Positions 17,309-26,947 are shown, counted from the first letter of the stretch. The stretch is DNA of 64,000 bases from Candidatus Curtissbacteria bacterium (GCA_038326365.1 JBBQJY010000001.1:12128-76127); one strand, 5' to 3'. Notes: generated by a model from the letters alone, not told the origin. Made by a program: numbers and translations.

Positions 17309-18586
17309 ATGGGAACATTTGAATTACAATTTCCAGGAAATTTTCGCCAGGCAGAAATCGACAAGATTTTGACCTTTGTACAAACCGGCAAATTTTGCCA
17401 ATTAATTTCTACCCCTGGAAGCGGAAAAGCGACTCTTCTGAGGCTGTTGGCCTACAATCCCAATGTTTTAAAATTTCATTTGAAAGAAAAGGGAGCTTCT
17501 ATTAATTTCATTTATCTAAATCTTTTAGACCTTGAAAACTACCAAGAGATTGAAATTCTCAAATACATCCTGCTTGCTCTGAACCAAAAAGCGCAAAGCG
17601 ATGACCTTCTGGCACTAAACAAACAATTAATGGAAATTGTTCACCAGCAAGCAAGCCTTGGCCAAACTACAGTTTTTCTCTTTGACCATTTTGACGAGTA
17701 TCAGAATCAGTTACCTCCGTCGTTTTTTCAGCTTCTAAGGAGTGCGAATAGACAAGCAAGATACAAATTTTCCACCGTCTTTGCAACCAGAAGAGATCTA
17801 GCAGAGTTAGTTGACCCAACAACGATCAAAGATTTTTATGATTTTTTTACTGACAACGCTATTTATATGAAGATCTATGACCCATCCGCCATAGAATTTA
17901 TGGTCTCGCAAATTGAGGCTATATTTAAAAAGAAGATCCCCATAGCGGACAAAGCAAGCATTATTCACCAAACGGGAGGCCATACTAAACTAACGAAGAT
18001 AGTGACAGAAATGCTTATACGCCAAAATCTGTCTCTAGATAATCAGCTGCTTACGAAACCAACAATTTCTTCTACCCTCCAAGAGCTGTGGCTTTTCTTA
18101 ACAGCCCAAGAACAGCAGACCCTCTATCAAATTGCCAATGACGAATACAAAAATCAGCCAGACGAAACAAATAAACTAGAAGCCTTTGGTCTTGTCAAAC
18201 GAAACCAAACACCAGCTAAGGGTTTTGAATTAACCATCCCTTTATTTAAAGAATACATAAAGAACACTATCCCTCAGCTCACCCCAGAAAAGATTACATA
18301 TAACGAGCAAACCAGAGAGATAACCAAAGGTGCAAAAATAATCTCTGATTTGCTTTCGCCTCAAGAAAACCGCTTGCTCAAGTTTTTAATCGAAAATCAA
18401 AACAAGGTTATTCAAAGAGACGAAATCATCAAAGCCGTTTGGCTAGACTCTCAAAATGCCCAAGGCATCTCCGACGAGGCAATTGATCAAATGATTTTTA
18501 GGCTCAGAAAAAAAATTGAAGATGATCCCAACCAACCAGAACGACTGTCAACCGTAAAAGGTCAAGGTTTTCGCTTCAAAGCTTAA
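17309..18586 (+). CDS. Putative transcriptional regulator: N-terminal P-loop NTPase domain fused to a C-terminal OmpR/PhoB-type winged-helix DNA-binding domain
   Basis: Deviant Walker A ISTPGSGKATLL and Walker-B-like TTVFLFDHFDE. The C-terminus QENRLLKFLIENQNKVIQRDEIIKAVWLDS...IDQMIFRLRKKIEDDPNQPERLSTVKGQGFRF is a textbook OmpR-family trans_reg_C fold. Confidence 0.6.
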   Translation: MGTFELQFPGNFRQAEIDKILTFVQTGKFCQLISTPGSGKATLLRLLAYNPNVLKFHLKEKGASINFIYLNLLDLENYQEIEILKYILLALNQKAQSDDLLALNKQLMEIVHQQASLGQTTVFLFDHFDEYQNQLPPSFFQLLRSANRQARYKFSTVFATRRDLAELVDPTTIKDFYDFFTDNAIYMKIYDPSAIEFMVSQIEAIFKKKIPIADKASIIHQTGGHTKLTKIVTEMLIRQNLSLDNQLLTKPTISSTLQELWLFLTAQEQQTLYQIANDEYKNQPDETNKLEAFGLVKRNQTPAKGFELTIPLFKEYIKNTIPQLTPEKITYNEQTREITKGAKIISDLLSPQENRLLKFLIENQNKVIQRDEIIKAVWLDSQNAQGISDEAIDQMIFRLRKKIEDDPNQPERLSTVKGQGFRFKA

Positions 18587-18590
18587 TACT

Positions 18591-20420
18591 TTATGCAGAA
18601 AACTTAGCCTCTGCTTCTTGCGCTTTTTTGCGCATCTCCAGAAGCTCTTCCGGGTTTGTTGTGACTAATGAGTGCTCCTCAGGTGAAGCAATTACTCGAA
18701 TCGCCACGTGATTTGGCCCGGCAAAAAATATTCCTTCTCCAACGTCTGCCGCCAAAAGCAAATGCCGCTCTCCTTCAGTCAGATAAAAAACGTCAGTCAG
18801 TTTATCAATAGCAGCCGGCGATTGCTTCATCAGTATCTGAATTGACGAGTTAGTAACAATAGCCTTCCCGTAGTCGGTTTCCAAAAAGTCTTCGACGTCC
18901 TGAGAAATTGTTGTCAGGCCTAGGTAATATTTTCTTGCCCGCTTGGCAATGGAGTACATAAACGTTGCGCTGTCCGGATGCTGCATCATATACCAAGCCT
19001 CGTCCACAATTAATATTCTCTTCCTGATGTCATTTTTAATGCGCGTCCAGATAAAGTCTAAAATTAGATATATGGCAATAGGTCGCAAAGATTCTTCCAT
19101 GTTTTTAATTGAAAAAACAGTAAAAGTATTCCTAATGTCTAAGTTTGAATGCTGGTTAAAAATACCGATTAAGGACCCCTTAACGAACTTCTCGAGCCGG
19201 TCCGCAAGTCCCTTGGCTGCTTCTTCCTCCATCCCCAAAAAAGCTTTATAAAGGTCTTCCATCAGCGGTGGCTCATTTTTCTGACTAGCCGGCTCCGGCG
19301 TTATTCCTTTAGCTTTATAAGTTGCAACCAGAGCCCTGTCTAAAATTGCGTCCTCAGTCGGCGTCATCGCACCCATTATCACTTTAAAAAATCCGTGCAG
19401 TGAAAGTATTTTGAGCCCCAATTCGTTTTCACCCTCTTCGTATACTCCCGAAAGGTCAAATGGATTAATCTTCACCTGGCTATCAAAATCAAAAGAAATG
19501 TATTCCCCGCCAATTGCCTCACAAAGATTTTTGTATTCTTCCTCCGGGTCAATGACAATTATTTCTGTTCCGAACATCAAAGACCTCAAGGCTTCCAGCT
19601 TAACCATGTAAGATTTTCCGGCACCGGACTTCGCAAAAATTACCGAATTAGCATTTTCTTGAGTAAACCGATCAAAAATTACCAGCGACCCGTTGTGTTC
19701 GTTAATCCCATACATAATGCCTGTGCTGGAAGTTAAGGACGAAGAAATAAATGGGAATGTTGTCGCCAAGCTAGTCGTATCCATATTTCTGGTGATATAT
19801 AGGTGGTCTGTCGCCTGTGGCAACGTAGTTTTAAACGCTTCTTCCATTTGCAACGAAGCGTGTTTGGGAACCAAAAGCAGTGCTCCCATTGTCGACTCCA
19901 CTTGCTTACAAATTGTATTTAACTCTTCCAATGTTTCGGCCGGAACTGAAACATAAAGCCCGAATTGGAAAAAACGCTCAGAACCTTTTACCAACTCTTC
20001 CTGTAAAACTTGCGCATCCTCCAAAGCCGCCGAAACGGTCGGATCAATTACGTGGCCATGCTGAATATCAGAAGCAATCGTCGCCTCCATTTCCGTAATT
20101 TTGCGCTTCAAGTCATCAAGCACACCTTTGGCCTCAACCGGATACTGATACATGGATATTTCCAATGTGTGTTCGAAGTTAATAAGCGGCGAGAGCCAAT
20201 TAGCCTGCACATATCGAGGATAACCAACTACGAATAGTGTCCGCCAATAAGTCGATCCGATTTTGATGTAGTCGAAATCAATCTCAATGGCCGGCGGCGC
20301 AATAATGTCTTTGACTGAGACCACTCCTCGAGCCAAAGTACTAGCCCATTGTTGCTCTTTTGCAGTCAAACCCAAATCGGCATTTTTTTCCTTTTTCCCA
20401 AAGATATTAATTATATTCAT
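18591..20420 (-). CDS. virB4: VirB4/TrbE/ConE-family T4SS ATPase
   Basis: Walker A SVIFAKSGAGKSYMV and the VirB4-type Walker B RILIVDEAWYMM. The N-terminus DYIKIGSTYWRTLFVVGYPR is typical of Gram-positive-type VirB4. Length is 609 aa. Confidence 0.8.
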   Translation of the reverse strand: MNIINIFGKKEKNADLGLTAKEQQWASTLARGVVSVKDIIAPPAIEIDFDYIKIGSTYWRTLFVVGYPRYVQANWLSPLINFEHTLEISMYQYPVEAKGVLDDLKRKITEMEATIASDIQHGHVIDPTVSAALEDAQVLQEELVKGSERFFQFGLYVSVPAETLEELNTICKQVESTMGALLLVPKHASLQMEEAFKTTLPQATDHLYITRNMDTTSLATTFPFISSSLTSSTGIMYGINEHNGSLVIFDRFTQENANSVIFAKSGAGKSYMVKLEALRSLMFGTEIIVIDPEEEYKNLCEAIGGEYISFDFDSQVKINPFDLSGVYEEGENELGLKILSLHGFFKVIMGAMTPTEDAILDRALVATYKAKGITPEPASQKNEPPLMEDLYKAFLGMEEEAAKGLADRLEKFVKGSLIGIFNQHSNLDIRNTFTVFSIKNMEESLRPIAIYLILDFIWTRIKNDIRKRILIVDEAWYMMQHPDSATFMYSIAKRARKYYLGLTTISQDVEDFLETDYGKAIVTNSSIQILMKQSPAAIDKLTDVFYLTEGERHLLLAADVGEGIFFAGPNHVAIRVIASPEEHSLVTTNPEELLEMRKKAQEAEAKFSA

Positions 20421-20429
20421 ATCGAAGAT

Positions 20430-21527
20430 TTATCCTATTTTCTGCCCCCCAACAACGTTTTGCACTGGAACAGTCGCAATTCCGGCGTTTACCGCACCTC
20501 GCATCTGGCTGGCTCGGGCAATTGCTTCCTGTAAGTCATTTAGCGCTTGCGACGATTGGCCTGGGACCGAAGTGACAGCTGGCACAATAGGCGGCACATC
20601 TCCTTCTCCTGCAGCACTAGTTACGGACGTAGGCAAGATAATTGGTTGGGGCGTCGCAATTGGCGAAGGCACTTCGCCGACAAGCGGGCTTGCGGCGCTT
20701 TGGGCCAATATTGGCTCCCCTGCAACTCCGGTATTGGCAATAACCGGAGGTTGAGCATACTGACCCGCACCTGATTCAATTGTAGGCTCAGCAACAACAG
20801 CAACCCGCACATCAGGCGCTTGAATCGGCACAGGCTCGGGCGCAGGTGTTGGAACCTCCACCGCCGGCTCCACCAGAGGAGTCGTGTAGCTTGCAGCATC
20901 AAGTATTACTCTCTGAGTTCCTGTCGGAGCAGGATTATAAATATCGTAATATAATTCGATTAGCTCTTGAGTCGTCAACTGTCTCGAGAAAAGTCCAAGT
21001 CGTGCAGTTTGCTTAATAATATGATCTCTCTTTGGCGCAAGCGCTGATTTGGCGTCAGCAATGAGCTCCGCCTTACCCTTGGCATTGTGAGAATCTGATT
21101 TCTTAAAACTCTTGACACCTAGCTCCAAAGGCGAAAAGTGCAATATCAAATAAAAACGCTTATCTAGAATTGTCTTTTGTTGAACTGTTGATTGAATAAA
21201 TTCCCTATAACTCTTTATCTGCAATCTGAGATCCGGATTGGGCTGATTTCTCTCAGCCTCAACTAAATGCTGATAGTAAGCTGTAATATCGGCTTTTTTT
21301 GAACGAATCAAAACCTGCAAAGGGAAGGTTAGTGAATTAAGTAGCGCGCCATAAGCATAAATCGTCGCATCCTGTTCGGCTTCCGAAAGAATATCAAAAT
21401 TTACGGCAGTTGTAGACATCACCATTGAAACCCAACCTGTTTTTATAATCACCAAGTCATCAGTAATGTCCTCAATATCCAAGTGATCCTGGGTGGAAGC
21501 CTTAATCTTATCGCCTGCAGAAGCCAT
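20430..21527 (-). CDS. Hypothetical protein translationally coupled between the VirB3-like and VirB4 genes, with a C-terminal tail rich in Pro/Ala/Val
   Basis: There is a 1-nt overlap with the upstream gene and a 9-nt gap to virB4. No TM segment. The PAPEPVPIQAP low-complexity tail is evident. Confidence 0.45.
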   Translation of the reverse strand: MASAGDKIKASTQDHLDIEDITDDLVIIKTGWVSMVMSTTAVNFDILSEAEQDATIYAYGALLNSLTFPLQVLIRSKKADITAYYQHLVEAERNQPNPDLRLQIKSYREFIQSTVQQKTILDKRFYLILHFSPLELGVKSFKKSDSHNAKGKAELIADAKSALAPKRDHIIKQTARLGLFSRQLTTQELIELYYDIYNPAPTGTQRVILDAASYTTPLVEPAVEVPTPAPEPVPIQAPDVRVAVVAEPTIESGAGQYAQPPVIANTGVAGEPILAQSAASPLVGEVPSPIATPQPIILPTSVTSAAGEGDVPPIVPAVTSVPGQSSQALNDLQEAIARASQMRGAVNAGIATVPVQNVVGGQKIG

Positions 21528-23101
21528 TAATTTTTCACTTGTCCCTGAAGCCCTAAGGGGGCCAAGATCTCTCCTTTCAAACTTATTGATGTCGGCACAA
21601 ACGATGCCTTCTCACTCTCAATTTCTATCGTGTAATTACCGTCAGAAAGCGGTGTGGCCGACAAAAATTGGCCCAACTTGTTTGTTTTTAAGGCGCGAAT
21701 CGGAATTCCACCAGCATCCCGAACAACCAGTACTGCTCCTTCAAGAGGCGTTCCAATGGAATCTGTTACCATCCCTGAAAGCACATTAGGATTACTGGTT
21801 AGAGGAATTATTTGGGCACCAATATTGTTGGCCACACTTTTAATCTGCTTTTTATCTGTTATCGAGAATTTTGTTTGATCATCATCTTTTCGCTTAGGCG
21901 CCTTTTGGGTCCCCTGGGCAACTGCAGCAACCATCCCACCCACAGCCTCCGGTGCTCTGACTTGGGCTTTGGGTAAAACCTGACTAAGATCGGCTTCTGT
22001 CAATTTGTTTGCAAACTGCACACTGCCCACAGTAGAGTTGGTTTCGTTGGGTAAAACCACCTGTGGTGTATCGTCCTCAAAATTAAACCTCCTTGCCAAC
22101 TCGTCAGAAATTTCAAACCGACGCTCACCTCGTATTGGCAGCTTAGAGAGATCAAAATTCTCAGGCGGAGCAAAGTGCAATTTTCTTACCCTAGTCTGAC
22201 CAACTCCCCGAACCAATCTTATTTTGTTGTCAGGCTCTTTTAAGGAGATAATATTGTCCACAGAAAAGTTTGTGTCAGATGCCAAATGGGAAAGTGGTGG
22301 CGACTTTTTTGGAACCGACTCCATCCTTCGACGTCTCAGTCTATCTTCCAGTCCTTTGATAACAAATGGTTGGGCATGTTTTGCAATTCTTGGTTCGGTT
22401 GCGCCAACTATCGGCAATTGTTTGCGATTCCCAACAACAACTTTCGACTTCTCGTCAAATGCTCGAATTGCAACTGGTGTTTCAATTTTGATGCTGTCCG
22501 GCCCAACCTCGCGCGGCACAGGTTGACCAACTTTTCTGCTTACTCCGCTATTCGTATTTTTTGCGCTTGGCCAAATAATCGGAGGCGGGACGCTTCCTGC
22601 CCCCACATCGTCTCCTCCCAAGTCCAACTGAAAAATTGCTTTGTCCTCACGCATGTCGAGCGGTGACTCGTTATCCTTAGGAAGAGATCTCAAATAAGCA
22701 ATCAGCCTTTCGCGCCCTCTTTCGGTTATTTCTTCCGGAATTTTTTGCTCTTGTGTCTGGGGACGTATAACTACACTCAGAAATTCTGGTAAATTTCTCT
22801 CCTTTACCCAAATTCGTTGCGTGGGCGCAAAAATTGCGTGAATAAAAGCAACGATCCACTTGTCAAATGGCCTTCCTTGCACCGGAACCAAAGCAACGAA
22901 CAACCCAATTCCGCCAATCAATACAGAAAGAGGAATCCTAACTATAGCAGCGGTTTGGGAGAAGAAAATAAAACCCGCTACAACCATCGGTCCTACTAAA
23001 AACATAAATTGCCTGACTGTTAAGTTGCCAAAAAGTTTAAACTGAAATGAAGCTATGTGCTGCGGGACAGGATGTTGTTCCATAGGTTTGAGTACCAGCA
23101 A
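21527..23101 (-). CDS. Membrane protein with a VirB3-like N-terminal two-TM region fused to a large extracytoplasmic region that ends in a CarboxypepD_reg-like beta-sandwich
   Basis: The N-terminus FGNLTVRQFMFLVGPMVVAGFIFF resembles the VirB3 L-x-RPA-hF-GVP motif. It is the first gene of the operon ending in virB4. Confidence 0.4.
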   Translation of the reverse strand: MLVLKPMEQHPVPQHIASFQFKLFGNLTVRQFMFLVGPMVVAGFIFFSQTAAIVRIPLSVLIGGIGLFVALVPVQGRPFDKWIVAFIHAIFAPTQRIWVKERNLPEFLSVVIRPQTQEQKIPEEITERGRERLIAYLRSLPKDNESPLDMREDKAIFQLDLGGDDVGAGSVPPPIIWPSAKNTNSGVSRKVGQPVPREVGPDSIKIETPVAIRAFDEKSKVVVGNRKQLPIVGATEPRIAKHAQPFVIKGLEDRLRRRRMESVPKKSPPLSHLASDTNFSVDNIISLKEPDNKIRLVRGVGQTRVRKLHFAPPENFDLSKLPIRGERRFEISDELARRFNFEDDTPQVVLPNETNSTVGSVQFANKLTEADLSQVLPKAQVRAPEAVGGMVAAVAQGTQKAPKRKDDDQTKFSITDKKQIKSVANNIGAQIIPLTSNPNVLSGMVTDSIGTPLEGAVLVVRDAGGIPIRALKTNKLGQFLSATPLSDGNYTIEIESEKASFVPTSISLKGEILAPLGLQGQVKN

Positions 23102-23363
23102 GAAGTTACATCAGAGGAACTACATTGTAAGGACGAATTCCATGAGACTTACAAATAGGACTGCTGATATGAATGCAAATTCTACCTCCGCCGCTAATCG
23201 AACTCACCATAACATATGAAACTCGTTCGTCAAAGACCATTAATTTAGCTTCCAAATTTAAGTTTTCACAACAAACTCATGTCTCCCAAAGATATGGTTA
23301 GGTCGACAATCGAAACATCATAAAAATTTCGTTTTGCTCATTTGATATAGTAGAAGTAATAAA

Positions 23364-25931
23364 ATGTCTGCCAAAACTAGTCAGCTTAAACAAATAAGAA
23401 CTCGGACAGAGAATTCTCTCCAGGATCTTCATCGCAATAAAAGAATAACAGAAGAAAGTATCGCAACCACCTCTTCACGCCTCAGAGATCTTAAAGAAGA
23501 ATACACTCAAGCAGCCTCAGCCGGGGCAAGCGAAAGTACTGGCCAGCTTTCAGAAAACATCAACACGCTTGAAGAAAACTTAAAATCCCTTAGTGAAAGT
23601 AAACAAAAAATCGAAGAAGCAGTTTATGAAAAATCAAAAGAGATTGAAAATCTTCATTCAGAAATAGCCAAGGTTGAAAACGAGCATGAATCGTCCGATT
23701 TTTCATTCGGATCTGACAAAAAAAGGGGGGGTCATATCAAAGAATCTGCACAAACGAAAGCTTCAGGTTTAGTAACTACAACCCAAGGCGTGAAGATTAA
23801 AAAGAGAAAATTGATTGGTTTCAGGGGTAGAACAATTCAAGGCACAGGTGCACTGGCACAAACTCCTCAAACCGCCACGGTCGGTCCATCATCAGGCCAA
23901 GTAAGCTACACCATTCAAACTAATACGGCCGCAGCCAGCCAAAACGTGAGCCCTCAAAATGCCGTCTCATCCTCCACAAACCTCTCAAATGTGGTCTCAG
24001 CCGGGAGTCCATTGGAATTAGCCAAAGCGGTAATCGGGGAGGGTAAAGCCACCATTGACGGCGTCATTGGCCAAGGAAGTAGCATCACAAGTATCCTTTC
24101 CAAGGGATCGGGTTTTAGCCCTCAAAGAAAAATCGGCCTTATTGCTCTAAAAGGGGGAGTAGTTGCCTCTCTTGGGGCTGGGCTGGCAGCAGCAGCTGTC
24201 ATCGCCTATTTTGCAAAATTGGGCGCCGCAGCCGCTCACGGTGCCGCAATTGGAGCAACAGTAGGAGGAGTGGCAGGAGCAACCTACGGCGGATTTTTAG
24301 GTTTCCAAGTCGGCGTCGCACTTGCTCCTTTCACCTTCGGACTATCGATTCCAATAGCAACTGCAGTGGGAGCAGCCTTGGGCGCAGGCGTCGGGGCTAC
24401 CGTTGGTGCTTTGGCGGGCGGGCTCATTGGCTTAGGAGTAGCTAGCGGCTCCGCAACAATTATCTCCACAGGAGTAGGGGCAGGCATCGGAGGAGTTATT
24501 GGTGCAGTCGCCGGAGCAACTCTCGGAGCAGCCGCAGTAGCCTGGATTCCTTTTATCGGGCCCTTTCTAGCTCCTTTTGGTGCAGTTATTGGAGCAACCA
24601 TCGGTGCAGCAGTGGGTGCGGCAATCGGTGCCGTCGCAGGATACTATATTGGAAAATATGTCTTACAACCTATCCAGGACAACCTGGAAACGGTCACGGG
24701 TTCAGTCGGAACAGCCTCAGGAGGGCTTGTCTACAGCTTTACAACATTTATCTCCTGGACTTTTAACCTTGTCGGCGGCTTTTTCTCCGGGCTTGTCGGC
24801 GGCGCGGGTATTGTGGGAGGAGCAACCATTGGTGCAGCAGCCTCACTTTGGAATGGGGCAATTGGAATCTTGGGTAATGCTACTGGTGCTCTGGCTAGTA
24901 TTGCGGACAAAGCGCTTGGGGCACTTTCCTCGCTTGGAAGTAGTGTTTCAAGCCTCACGCTACCCGCAGTGGGCACTGCATTCGGCACAGTAGTTACAGT
25001 TACTGCTGCAGCCAGCCTTATTACCAGCGCCACGGCTTTTACCCCGAAACTTGATCTTAGTTCTGAATTGCTCCAAAAACCAGGTGAAAACGACTTTTTT
25101 TCTATAACAAAAACTGCTTCACCGCAAACTCTTAGCTCAAAAGGGCCCGACGTTACATTTACGATCAGTGTTAACGCGAAGCAGAACATAAAAGATATCG
25201 GCTTCGTTGAAAACTTCCATTACCTACAGGGCGCAACAAACCAACCCTTAGTGGTGCCTAAAACATTAACTTGTACGTTACCCATTTTAAAAGGAGACAC
25301 CTGCACTGTTAATTTCACATTTTCTACTTCACCCCTACCAGACAATGTCTTGCTTATTAACACCGTTCTGGCTCATGTCACGATCGACAACAGCGCCAAT
25401 TCAGTCCAAGACGAGTCCGCAACAGCCATTGTCAAAATTGGTTCTCCGCCCACAAACTGTCCATCGGGTTGGCCAACACCAGCTGGTACTGTCACTCAGG
25501 GTATCCAAGGAACTACCTCGCACTACCGCCTATTCCCAGCGGAGCAGGCAATTGACATTGCTGGAGCCGCAAGCCGTGGGACCCCAACATTCACCACCTT
25601 CTCAGGCGTTGTAGCTACAAAAAATGACCAAACTGAGAACCCTGGGTATGGATACTTTGTTGATGTGACGGGTAACTGCAATGGGCAGACATTCACAGCG
25701 AGGTGGGCACACTTGGAAAGCATCAGCGCAGGCGTTCCCGATGTAGGTGAAACTATCAATACAGGAACAGAAATTGGGAAAATAGATGCCACAGGCCATG
25801 TTCTTTGCGACCCCCAACCTTGCGACCCTTCCCATTTGCACTATAGCTTTTTTGGTCTTGATATGAAAACGCCATATATTCCTCAAGACCCCATAGCAAT
25901 TTGTGATGGTGATTGTGGGGTGAGCTGGTAA
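23364..25931 (+). CDS. Membrane protein with an N-terminal coiled coil, a roughly 300-aa Gly/Ala-zipper hydrophobic region and a C-terminal M23/LytM peptidase domain
   Basis: The C-terminus EIGKIDATGHVLCDPQPCDPSHLHYSF matches the M23 Gx(I/V)G..G.TG.xxGPHLH signature. The central region is (GAxxG)n-rich. Confidence 0.6.
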   Translation: MSAKTSQLKQIRTRTENSLQDLHRNKRITEESIATTSSRLRDLKEEYTQAASAGASESTGQLSENINTLEENLKSLSESKQKIEEAVYEKSKEIENLHSEIAKVENEHESSDFSFGSDKKRGGHIKESAQTKASGLVTTTQGVKIKKRKLIGFRGRTIQGTGALAQTPQTATVGPSSGQVSYTIQTNTAAASQNVSPQNAVSSSTNLSNVVSAGSPLELAKAVIGEGKATIDGVIGQGSSITSILSKGSGFSPQRKIGLIALKGGVVASLGAGLAAAAVIAYFAKLGAAAAHGAAIGATVGGVAGATYGGFLGFQVGVALAPFTFGLSIPIATAVGAALGAGVGATVGALAGGLIGLGVASGSATIISTGVGAGIGGVIGAVAGATLGAAAVAWIPFIGPFLAPFGAVIGATIGAAVGAAIGAVAGYYIGKYVLQPIQDNLETVTGSVGTASGGLVYSFTTFISWTFNLVGGFFSGLVGGAGIVGGATIGAAASLWNGAIGILGNATGALASIADKALGALSSLGSSVSSLTLPAVGTAFGTVVTVTAAASLITSATAFTPKLDLSSELLQKPGENDFFSITKTASPQTLSSKGPDVTFTISVNAKQNIKDIGFVENFHYLQGATNQPLVVPKTLTCTLPILKGDTCTVNFTFSTSPLPDNVLLINTVLAHVTIDNSANSVQDESATAIVKIGSPPTNCPSGWPTPAGTVTQGIQGTTSHYRLFPAEQAIDIAGAASRGTPTFTTFSGVVATKNDQTENPGYGYFVDVTGNCNGQTFTARWAHLESISAGVPDVGETINTGTEIGKIDATGHVLCDPQPCDPSHLHYSFFGLDMKTPYIPQDPIAICDGDCGVSW

Positions 25932-26947
25932 TGACACTCAGCACCGCTGCTTTAGTAGTAAAAAAGAGTATCTTTCCGGTTGTATTGTTGTTAGTTTTTT
26001 TTATTTCTCTCGTACTAATCTACGTCCGTTATGGTAAAAAGAGTGTGCCTCTCCCTCCAAAATTGCAACCGCCAACAATTAGCCAAAGCTTAATTCAGAA
26101 ACAACCTCAGAATTTTGACGATACAGCACTGCAATTGCCAAAAGTTCCCGCAGATTTACCTGTTTACCATTTTAAGAACCAAAACGTTGGAGAAAAGTAT
26201 GCTAGAGATGTGGCCAATAGCTTTGGGCTTACAACAAATCCAAGAGTCGAAAACACAAGCATTGGGCCGCAATTTTTCTTCAACCAAGATAATTTAGATC
26301 TCGCTGTTAATAAAATAGAAATAAGATTTAAAAATTACAAAGCTAAGCCCCAAACAACCCCAAAAACAGAAGGCGAAGTCCTGGATATCGCTCGTAATTT
26401 TATTGATAGTCTAAAATTCGCTAACCTCAATCTTAAATTAGATAACACACGAATTTTCTACCTCACGATCGAAACACAACGTTATAAAAGTACCACGCGG
26501 GATAATGCCAAATATTATGAATTGTTTTTCAATTCATTTATCAATGATCTGCCTATTTTGACTGGTAATAATGAGCCGTATTTAGCCCGAATGATCATTT
26601 CAAAACAGGGCAACATTCTCGAAGCACACATACACAACCCTGTTTCAATTCTTGATAATCAAACTTATCCCCTTAAAAAACCGACACAAGCCCTAAATGA
26701 ACTTATGGCTGGAGGAGGTAAATTGATTTCAGCAGAAACTTTGGACGAACAAGGACAATCCATTGAATTATTCAGCTTCAGTCCAGTAGACATCAACAAG
26801 GTTTCTATCAAAAAAATATACCTTGCTTACTTTTTATCAGAAAAAGAAAATGAGATGCTTCAACCCGTCTATGTCTTTGTTGGCTCATTTACAACCCCTT
26901 CAAACAAACAAGGCGAGGTCACATTATATGTTCCGGCAGTTAAGTAG
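25931..26947 (+). CDS. Hypothetical membrane-anchored protein
   Basis: N-terminal TM helix VVLLLVFFISLVLIYV. The start is taATG, overlapping the upstream stop. An alternative start lies at 25913. Confidence 0.45.
   Translation: MTLSTAALVVKKSIFPVVLLLVFFISLVLIYVRYGKKSVPLPPKLQPPTISQSLIQKQPQNFDDTALQLPKVPADLPVYHFKNQNVGEKYARDVANSFGLTTNPRVENTSIGPQFFFNQDNLDLAVNKIEIRFKNYKAKPQTTPKTEGEVLDIARNFIDSLKFANLNLKLDNTRIFYLTIETQRYKSTTRDNAKYYELFFNSFINDLPILTGNNEPYLARMIISKQGNILEAHIHNPVSILDNQTYPLKKPTQALNELMAGGGKLISAETLDEQGQSIELFSFSPVDINKVSIKKIYLAYFLSEKENEMLQPVYVFVGSFTTPSNKQGEVTLYVPAVK

Noticed and set aside
20430-21527. Calling the 365-aa protein a split N-terminal domain of VirB4
   Set aside because: The 609-aa VirB4 already has its own Gram-positive-type N-terminal domain (DYIKIGSTYWRTLFVVGYPR). 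The resemblance of the 365-aa protein is only a loose pattern.
2710-25931. Interpreting the locus as an integrative conjugative element
   Set aside because: There is no integrase or recombinase, relaxase, VirD4 coupling protein, attachment-site repeat or tRNA at the borders. Flanking genes are core genes (dnaN/DUF721 on one side).
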